From: Bugula neritina
Taxonomy: Eukaryota; Animalia; Bryozoa
Assembly: GCA_964035545.1 (NCBI GenBank)
Contig: OZ037766.1
Span: 20,820,767-20,884,766, forward strand
Direction of reading: 5' to 3'
DNA: 64,000 bases
Shown: piece after piece, positions 54,201 through 64,000 of the stretch
How the letters are laid out: every line of letters begins with the position of its first letter
Position numbering within the stretch: the stretch's first letter is position 1
The notes under the pieces: generated by a model
What the model saw: only the letters and a program-made list of their open reading frames with translations
The model's database searches: none
What the model was told of the DNA's origin: nothing
Translations under genes and position numbers: made by a program

Positions 54201-57200
54201 GCATGGGACTATATATTAATATTTTCATAAACACAGCTTGACAACTGCAGGAAGAATATAGAATGTTTCTTATCTGGGTCCATAATATTAATTTGTCTCC
54301 AAGTTCTGTACTGGAATGGGAAGAAAATTCCAAATTCATATTAATCTAAAGGCTATGTAAAATTCCTAACGTGTCTAAGCTCTGCTAGATCATCAATTAG
54401 AAAATTAACCTGTTGCGTCAGCATAATTATCATTGAGTGTTAAGGCAGCATGATGCACATTAGTTAGTCTTACTTAGATAGTTATAAATAGATTTTCACT
54501 AAGCTATCAGTTTATTAACAACAGTGCCTCAGGGCATACAGCTCAGGCTTTCACTAATCGTTTACTTTAAAATGCAGTCAGTCTTACTGATTCAACAAGA
54601 AATTGGTGATTGTACATTGAAGTGGAATTTAAAAAGTACCTCAGGCTTAAAAAGTAATAATATTTACTAAAACTTTGTCCTTGAACTTATTTTAAAGACA
54701 CAACCCTGTATACACCAAGCGGGCTAGTTGTCTTGGAACATAAGCTATACATTGTGAGCAGCTTTATTATTGGAAAGATAATATCAATATTATGTTTAAT
54801 AATTGCTAGACAATGAAGTGTCCCCAGCCAATAGTAGTTGGTTCAATAATGACTTTGAGATATAAAAAAGATTTGATTGATCCCAAAGAAAGCCGTGGAA
54901 AAGATGTATAAGGATTAGTAGCTGACTTAGGTTTGATTAAGGTTCAATCTACCTAGCAGCATTAACAGCGGCCATCCATGCTTTCGTGTTGCATAGCATG
55001 CTATTATAATTGCATTAATATAATTCGCACAGCATTTTATTATTAACCATAATCTATATAATTACAGTAAGTCTGTAGGTTAAAGCATACTAATAGTACT
55101 TTCATTCTGCACAGGAGCTGATAGAAATTGCGTAGTTTTGTATTCCAATCTGGTAATTGGGCACTAGCTGGCCATGAAACTCAAATTTTGGATTTATGCC
55201 CGACTGCCATTTGATAAAGCACGCACCACTTCTTTCGGTCTATAAAACAATTATACACTCTTTTTAAACATCCTAAACAGTACTGTAGAGCAGTTTTAGC
55301 AGCTTTTTGTGACATTTAAAAAGTTAAGAAGAGAGAGTGCAATAAAACTAGCAATGTTATTCAGAATCTGCAAATGTCGTTTTTAAATAAATCGGCTATG
55401 AAATAGAACTTGTATTGTAGTTTCATAAAATTCTTGTAAAACTCTACAAAGTTAGCAACTTGACCCTCAGTATAAGTTATTCTGTAGACCACTCCAAAAA
55501 TGTCTGAAATACCAAAACAGACTCCGCTGCCTGCGGCAGATGAACTTGTTCATCTAACTAACTATTGTAACAAACAGGCTAGATGGCTGATACAAACACA
55601 AGTGATAGGAAAGTGAAAGTGACTACAGCATATTTAGTAACTAACTCATCATATAGCACTGCTTAGAACATAAACTTATTTACAGCTGTATTAGGGTATG
55701 GAAATTATCGTTCTTTAAATTTTCAATTGCTTCAAGATTTACCTGAACATTTAGTGTCTAAAAGTAAGGGTCAATAAGGAATATAAGTGTAATGTACACA
55801 GTACAGTAAGTAGGCTATGGCGAATTATATACAGTGCAGTAAGTATAGTATATATAACAACATAGTAGAGTATGGTATAGTATAATATACAGTACAGTAA
55901 GTATATAAATATGCAAGTCATATAACCTGCATATTACTCTCTCTCTATATTCTACAAAAGAAGCTAATATTATTATACTATTAGGTAGGAACAGAATAAA
56001 TATATCCCAAGATAACTAATCTATACTAATGCTATTACAATGTCACATGACAATTAGGTATGACGTACACTACACTATGTACATAACACTTAGCCTATTA
56101 TTCATTTACTCTACTCATTGTGACCAAATTGTCTTATAGAAGGCAAGTTGGTGTGATTTGTTAGGCTAACTAATTTATTGGGTGATATTATTTCGTTAAA
56201 CTTTCAACAACTATTCAAAACACTTAAATTTCAGCATTTAAGCAGTATTTGTAAAAATTTGAAAAAGCTTGATGAATATTTATATTAAATGATCAGAGTG
56301 CAAACTTATAAATCTTGCATATGCTTTCTTATAAACGAACAGTAAGTCTCCAAGACTAGATGCTATTCTACACACCTACTTTATATATTTATTGGCTTTT
56401 TAGTTTTATTATTGAATGAGTATTCCATAATGTAGCCTCATATGGTGGCTTATTTGTTTTGTTTTATGAGAAAATTAATATGGAAGATAGCTCTAGATTT
56501 GTGTAGCTGAAGGAGACATTACTAAAAGTTGTAAAGTGTTTGCTTATAGTTGTTATACACAACAAACATAATAATGTATGCACGAGAATCAATTTTTTTT
56601 ATCAAGTGGCTCAAGAACATCTTTCATCATGACAACATATACTGACTGCTGGACTACGATAGCGGCAGCAGTATATTATGTGATCAATACTTGTACTCTA
56701 CTAGTTTGTATAATATTGTTTTCATGCTTCTCTGTGATATATTATGTGTAACAAATCTGAGAAAGCTTGACTGAGTTTGCCAAAACTTCAAATTTTAAGT
56801 CATTACTAAAATTTTGCATAATTTTTAATTTATGACTATGAAACTAATAGCTGTTGAAAGCTGGGATTTCACATATAAAAGTCTCGCAGTTAATTTCTAT
56901 CTTCATTTCCCTGGAGACAAACTGAGTAGCATTGTAGAGCAGGATTTAGTTCATTCAACTTTTACCTTATTTATTTAATTTAGTTTGCATGCACTGAAGC
57001 ACACTTCAGTTACACATAATAATGCTAATATATCAAGCATCAAAATATAGCAGCTATATATTAGCTCTAAATTATATCACCGGTTCTTGGCACATAGTTA
57101 GTAATATCTCAAATACTTCTATAGTACATATTATGTATACAGCATTTAAACATACATATCTGAGATATTTTAATAAACTTTAGAATCCCATGTGCAAAGG

Positions 57201-60200
57201 TTGTCTCCCCTGAGTGGCTTTACTAAAATAGCAATATCAATATTATATATACTTCAGGCAGAGGCAGCTCAGAAATTTCTATCTGCTGATTTAGTTTTCA
57301 CTATTCTGTAATATATTATGTTAGGTTTTCGTTCCCACTGCTTTCTATCTGTTTGTAATGTGAGCAATGTTACTTTTCAGTTATGGAGACATGGTTCCTA
57401 GTAGCATTATAGGCAAGTTAGTCGGAGGGATATGCTCTCTAAGTGGGGTGCTTGTCATAGCACTTCCTGTTCCTGTTATTGTTTCTAACTTCTCACGAAT
57501 TTATAGCCAGAGTCAGCGAGCAGACAAACGTAAAGCTCAAAAGGTATTGTCAAGTTGATGCATGGAGAAAGTCCCGGTTAATAAACAGCTGCGCATTTCC
57601 TAGAAGTGTCAAATGCCAGTGTTTGGTCAACAGGGGCTTTCTACATCAATATATTTTACTATCTCTTATCCTAAAGTGTATTATGTATTTCAGCTATGGG
57701 GACATGACTCCAAACACTATTATGGGCAAGCTGTTCGGCAGTATTTGCTCATTATGTGGTGTTTTGGTCATTGCACTGCCAGTGCCTGTTATTGTCTCAA
57801 ACTTCAGTAGAATTCTTGGTCAGAATCAGCGGCAAGATAAAATGAAAGCCCAGAAGGTATTTTTAGAGAGTGGGGTTTGAAGTTTTTACACTCTCACAAA
57901 ACGCTTTTGTGGCTGGCACTACAACTCACAGAACTGCCTAATGTTTTGTTTATTTTCTTTTTCATAAACTTACTTTAACAGCTATTTTAACCAAAGTGTG
58001 TTCATTTCTGCACATAATATAAAACTAAAACTTGTTTGCTTCTGCCCATTTTGTACCCTCAACATATCCTAAACTCTAATGCGACTTTTACCTGGTAACA
58101 TAAAGTATGCTTTTTTTCCAGCTGCACAGTTTTCTTTTGTTTTTAAAATTACCAAATCTGTTATTAAAGAAGTTTTTAAATGTCTATACAAAGTTTTAAA
58201 ATTATTTGAATGAAATATGATTGTAAAATCCATAAGTACTTTTTGAAATTCTTATTTCATGTCTCGAAATCACTCTTTGCCTTCAAACCATAACTCGCCA
58301 TCAAATTAATTGGGTCAGCTTGATATAAAATTCTAAGCTGTCTACTTAAAAAGTCAATGTAAATATTTCAGAAAGCAAGACAGCATAGAATCAAGATGGC
58401 CAAACAGGCGAGTAACCAAGCCTATGTCAGGGCCAAGCAGGAAATTTTGGAACAAGAACTTAAACATCAAAATGGAGAATCAGAGCTGGATACTTCTGAG
58501 AAAGATGTATTTGAGGCTCAACACCATCATCTATTAAATTGTCTTGAAAAAACCACGGTAGGTTGAAGAATTGTAATGTATGTGCGCTTCTACAATTAGA
58601 TAAGATAACTCCTAAATTACATTGTTCAAGTAGCATAAAAGTTAGTATTTGAATTTTCAAATTAGGTTCATCTGTTGAGTGAAAAAGCTGCTGTAAAAAT
58701 GAGTTCCATAGAGTCTATAATACTTTATAATATTTATATAAGTAATATAATACATATTTTCCATATTCAACGGATAATGCTATAAGGGTAATTTTATTTA
58801 ATTTAGTACACACCGAAAATTTCCAGTTTTTAGCTATTTTTCACAATTTAGCTGCTAATGAACATGGGTCTTTGCCCAAAACTAGTAAAATATTAATAAA
58901 TACACCTAACTAATCAAGGTTTTCTTAATTTTGCTTGATTGCCTATGTCTTTTCCTATTTATTTAGCTAATTTGGATTTTGGAACGTTATGAAAAAACCG
59001 AAATCAAAAGTAGCTAAATAATTAAGAAAAACAGGGGATTAAGGCAAGCAAAATTAAAAAGAACTTTAATTATTTAGGTGTATTTATTGATATTTTACTA
59101 GTTTTGGGCAAAAACCCATGTTCATTAGCAGTTAGATTGTGAAAAATAGCTAAAAACTGGAAATTTCCAATGTATACTAAATTAAGTAAAATGACCGATA
59201 ATTATGAGAGCAACACAATTGCATCACATGAGGGGGGAGTATAGTGACACTTACATGGTTGTTTAACTCACAGATTCTTTAATATGTAAAATATTTGAAT
59301 TGTTTACTAAACCTAAATGCCACAACCAAGTTTCATAGCCACACCCAATGACACTTAGTCCCACACCGATTTGATAAACTTTTGGTATGCCTTGACGAAT
59401 TAACTTGATGGCCAAATAAATTTATCTGACTAAAATAAGCTACTACTCAATCTATTATTTTTGCCACTTTGTATTTGATTTCACTAAGAGACTATGTATG
59501 CTTTAGTTAAACAATTATCTTACAACTGGTCTAAAAGCATATAGTTTAAGGAAAATTACTCCACTTCTATATTATATAACAATATAGGATATAATACATT
59601 ATTTTTCTTACAATAACTATCACTATATAAAATATTACATTATATGGTTACAATTTATTATAATACTTGTACTGCTATATTTAACTTATTGAATTAAATA
59701 TAATTAAAGTATTTATATGATTGTTATATTATATTTGTAAGTATGATATTATTTTAAAAATGAAAAAATAATAATGTATTGAACTAGAATAAAAATTATG
59801 TATATAATAATGTATTAATAATAGAAAATAGTAATTTTCTCTTGAAATACGTAAAGCTACAAGATGTCTTGAAGTACATATTGCTCGAGTACAATGTCAG
59901 CTAAGAATGCATTATAAACAAACTTTGTTATAACACAAACTGTCGAAAATATAAACAAATTGGAAATTTATAAAATGTATTGTTATTTATTACCTTTGAA
60001 TAACACTGCTTGTTAGCAAATTCTACAAAAAATAATCTTTTACGCAGAATGTGGATTTTACCGACGAAAAACCACCTCTTCTTGAAGATGAATTCCACAA
60101 AGTATCTCATACACCACCATTAGTTCACTTCTCTAACACCTCGCTTGACTCAAAGAGTTGCTGTGGAAAACGACGGAAAAAACCTATCGAAGTAAGTTAC

Positions 60201-60602
60201 CATGCACATACAAATTGCATGGTTATTATCAGTAATCAAAATTGGCTCACTATCAGACTGGGTTACCTTCTGTAAAATAAATATTCATCCCAGGTACATT
60301 AAAATTTAAAACTAAAACTCCTAAACACAATGGTATTTGAAAACTACTAATTACTTCAATTTTTTTGTATTTACTTGGCACAGTGGCTATCAGAAGGTTT
60401 AGCTGCGATATTTTTGCAGATGACTGGCACCAATGACGTCGGTGGAGAATTATCTGATGTTAAAATAAATCTTGATGCACATTTGGATGATTCAACCGAT
60501 AATGGCCACCATTACCCTCAAATACATGTCAATAACAATCGCCGGTTTGGTCATTCTAGCAAAAACACTGATAACACAGAATTGCACATGTCAATGCTGT
60601 GA
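51238..60602 (+). CDS. Shal: Voltage-gated K+ channel Kv4/Shal (~593 aa)
   Basis: Exon 51238-52343: [20 protein letters not shown] (KChIP-binding N-terminus), T1, S1-S5, S4 [21 protein letters not shown]. Then pore/S6 exon 57381-57543 or 57694-57856; 58372-58557 ([16 protein letters not shown]); 60048-60191; 60420-60602. Confidence 0.97.
57381..57543 (+). CDS. Shal: Kv4 pore/S6 exon variant A (canonical-like)
   Basis: ttttcag|T TAT GGA GAC...AAG|gtatt; 163 nt; [54 protein letters not shown]. Confidence 0.93.
57694..57856 (+). CDS. Shal: Kv4 pore/S6 exon variant B (divergent)
   Basis: atttcag|C TAT GGG GAC...AAG|gtatt; 163 nt; [54 protein letters not shown]. Confidence 0.9.
58781..59200. mobile_element. 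Palindromic (foldback) MITE, ~420 bp
   Basis: Arms such as ttccagtttttagctatttttcacaat and attgtgaaaaatagctaaaaactggaa are reverse complements over ~190 bp. Confidence 0.85.
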
Positions 60603-62192
60603 CAGGGAAAGTGTTGTACAACTGAGCTGTGAAGAGGTGTGAAGCTAAACCACTGGTTGCATGTATTGCTTCAACACAACATTCAGTACGATGAGAACTA
60701 CGCTATGCAGGTTTATGGATTCCTAACTGTAGAATTTTCTTTAGCATGTCTTAGGCTTATTCAGCTTAAAGAAAATGGTTTAGTTTTTTGTAACCAGTTA
60801 CCCTTTTTAACTAGCATGAATTTATACTATTTATCTAATATCATATACCTGTACATTCATATAACTAATGCAGACTGTGGTAGCACGATTGTTCCCATGG
60901 GTAGGTGAATAATTTCCTTGTACATTCATGAGATGTTGAAATATATAAGATGAAAACACTAGTTTCTAATGTTTATGTAGTTACTGCTGAGAGAATGCCC
61001 ACTCGTGTATAAATTAGATAGTTGCATTTGTCATATGTAGCACAAGCTGTAACTGTTCTTTATTTACTTATACTGTAGAAGATAGAATTTATGCAATACT
61101 AATTGTGTCACTTTCATATTATGTACAACTTTGATATTAACAACTAATTACCGAATTAAAATGGCATTACCACTTATTGTTTGAAAACACTTTTGAAAGT
61201 TAGTTCTGATTGGTTGACTTTGGTGCTGGAAGACACATTGCACATGGGATTGACTATTCTATTAGATATTAAATAAACTGAGTATATTCATCTACTAAAT
61301 CTAACAGGAGCTTTCTTCTGAATCTACAGACAGCAAATCCTGCAGCCCTATAAATTTGAAACATACACTATTTTCATGAACTACCATTTACAGGCTTAAG
61401 AGTTTCAATGCACTAAACCATTACCATTTTTTTTATCATTATCATACTAAGGATTGTAACTTGAAAAGCTTTTGCCTAATGAATTTTATTTTAAAATTCA
61501 AATTATAGACAACATAAACTTAAAGCAGTAGAGAAAATATAAAATATAGTCCGATTTCCGTTGCCAATTTTTTTTTTCAAGTATAGGCCAGTTTAATTTA
61601 TTTGATGATGTAATGTGAAATGTGTGTAGAACAAAATAAAAAAGTTTCAATAGGTGATCATTAAAAAATTAGCTGGTGAACTTACCGCAATCTACAAGAA
61701 GAACACGGAGAAAGGCATTCCAATGAACAACATAGTAAAATTTGATAAAATAATACGATAAATAGCTTGAAAATTAAACGAATATAAAATTAAGTTTTTG
61801 TATATAAGAGTGAAAGGAAGATAAATAGCCCCAAAATGTTCAGGATGACATATCAAGTTGTAGCAATTATAAAGAGCACCTAAATGATTAGGAAGTGTCA
61901 CCAAAATGAGCCAACAAAGCATTGCATTTTCAAAATAATCTGTATAAATCACACCATCAGCAAATAGCATAAAATGTAAAGCTTTCAGAGTTCTGTACTT
62001 CTTGTTCCCGACTGCACAGACTACAACTATAACATAATATTATATAAGACACATTATTCTTGGTATTGGAGTAAAGAGTTTCCGAGTTTTTGCTTTAGCT
62101 TATTAAGTTGGGTCATACCTAGCATAGGGCAGTCTAATAAAGCTGTATAAAGATTTGCAAGTACATAGTTTTGTGGAACGGCCTGTAATCCA

Positions 62193-62229
62193 ATCTCAAC
62201 CAGCGATCACATCTCAACCAGCGATCACA
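62193..62229. repeat. 18-bp tandem duplication (atctcaaccagcgatcac)
   Basis: Directly visible. Confidence 0.85.
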
Positions 62230-62428
62230 TACCGCCAGTTGTCAACTATAACTTCCTCATAGTATGTCAACTTTGTACTAAAACTCTGGTATGGCAAATA
62301 GAAAGGAAATCTAACCATCTTGCTTCTGCCAACTTCACAGTAGCTTAATATTACTAAGTAGTAGAAAAAAGGCAGCTTCTAAGAGATTAAATGAAACAAT
62401 TATTATATACGACATACTTGATATAAGG

Positions 62429-63733
62429 TTACAATAAAGTACTGAGTTTTATATGCCCCAGCATGTCAGCAGTCAGGCAGGTGTCTGTTTCTCCATAAGC
62501 CCAGTCGACTGATACGACAGGTGCCCTGTGTACACCTAGAACCATGTTAGCTTTGGCTTCACCATCTATAATCTGTAAGAATAAAAGTCACATAATCAGC
62601 AAACTCCTTACAATGCAGCAGCTCTAATTAGAAACAGACTACACATCTAATATATAAAGCAAAATTACAAAAAATCAGCCCAATTAAAATACTACAGTGC
62701 AATTAATGGTACTTATGCAAACCCATAAAGGCTATTTCTAAACTCTAAAGCATCAATACTTTTAAATCACAGCTAGTAAAATCAAACATAGTAGTAACTC
62801 ACCTTGTATATTATAGCGCTGTTTTTATGGCAGGTAAGGAAATGTGTGTTTGTAGGGTTGAGTGAAAATATTTTATCTTTGGGTGTCTGTATTTGCCTAT
62901 GATTAGGTGTTGATGAGAAGACGTAAGGCCCTGCAGCTCCGTCGTGAACAGGAAATGATTGTACCAGTCTACCACTCACCAAACCCCACTGTGACACCTG
63001 CATAAGATATACATATGCAGGTGATGGCAAGTGTTATTTATTAGTTGACAAGTGGCCACAAGTACTCAACGAGTTAACAAATGCAAAAATTAAGACTAGA
63101 CAATGAGTTGGAGCAAGAAAGACAGAGCAGGATAATTAAGGAAAAGTATTAAACAAATTGCAAGATTTGAATCCAAACAATCTTCCCAATAAAAACTTAA
63201 TAAACACATACTATATTGTCACTATCCATTGTATAGCAGGATTGGTAATCATGGGAAAGTTGCATACAATATATCTTTCCAGAGTGGGCCTTCCAAACTT
63301 TGGTTATCTTTCCTTCTCGTAGATCTACAACATATTTTATCTTAAATGAAAGAAGACAAGACATGTAGATATATTTATATACCACACTTATAATAAATTA
63401 TAGATGATTATATTATAAGATGAAATTCCATCACGCTGGCAATAGTGCTTGAAGCTTATGACTCTAAATAGCCCAACCTTAACAACGAATCTAACCTTAC
63501 CTTACTTTGACCTTACGAATCATACTGTTTTGTCAGTGTTCAACTTTTTTAAAAACATATACCGTAAACAAATAACTAACTAATAGGGGATCACACTGGA
63601 GTGAGAGATGCTAGAGATTTGAGAAGATCTCAGTACCTAATATTTTAAGAGTTCCATTCACACACCCTAGAAGCAAGCGATTCCCATTGTCAAAGTACTG
63701 AACTGACTGTATAGCCTCGTCTTCATGTGCAAA
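62429..63733 (-). CDS. WDR91: WD-repeat protein 91, last four exons; the gene continues beyond the window
   Basis: Exons 63733-63637 (NGNRLLLGCVNGTLKIL), 63324-63212 (WKAHSGKIYCMQLSHD), 62997-62803 (AGPYVFS...QIQTPKDKIF...LTC) and 62572-62429 (LGVHRAPVVSVDW...TCLTADMLGHIKLSTLL*) match the WDR91 C-terminus. Confidence 0.88.
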
Positions 63734-64000
63734 CTGAAAAGAGATATAATATCACTACAGCAAATGCCACTTGATGATTGCAACATTATCAGCTGTGGCT
63801 GCCTAGAACTTCAGACTTTGGACATGGTGTGTTTAATATATATTCTGATAATGACTAGCAAATGCAAAAATAAAGGAAAAATTGAGCTACCAAAAGAAGC
63901 AGGAGGTCATAACAAATTTCAGACTACAAGTTGTTCACAACTAGTGATTATTTTTTGTTATGTATGCTTTGAACTTGCTGTGTATGCATATCAAACAATT

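Noticed and set aside
57544-57930. Docking/selector RNA pairings around the Kv4 alternative exons (tgccagt/gctggca; cccctg/cagggg)
   Set aside because: Only 6-7 bp, expected by chance; needs comparative data.
61685-61970. Hydrophobic 92-aa minus-strand ORF with a nearby splice donor
   Set aside because: No recognisable motif, a stop precedes the donor, and it lies between the converging 3' ends of Kv4 and WDR91.

Overview
AT-rich invertebrate (animal) genomic DNA with spliceosomal introns; it is not prokaryotic, and I see no CRISPR, rRNA or true tRNA genes. Five protein genes were reconstructed by hand from GT-AG exons. (1) A deoxynucleoside kinase (TK2/dNK family, minus strand, ~1387-15026). 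(2) An unrecognised secreted protein with a C-terminal PAN/Apple-like domain (minus, 18520-21835). (3) GRIPAP1/GRASP-1 (plus, 23952-43610, 20 coding exons). (4) A Kv4/Shal potassium channel (plus, 51238-60602). (5) The 3' part of WDR91 (minus, running off the right edge). Introns contain PIF/Harbinger-superfamily transposons, MITEs, tRNA-derived SINEs, Penelope remnants and microsatellites. The top finding is that Kv4 has two tandem 163-nt copies of the exon encoding the second half of the selectivity filter, outer pore, S6 gate and post-S6 helix. These look like mutually exclusive swappable-pore exons with divergent gating residues. Also notable: the GRIPAP1->Kv4 order matches human GRIPAP1->KCND1; an ISL2EU-type element has been rebuilt as a ~1.1 kb-armed foldback; the kinase has unusual base-specificity residues; a structured GC-rich ncRNA candidate lies in the kinase's putative first intron; and degenerate hexamer-periodic arrays sit at the 5' introns of the two housekeeping-type genes.
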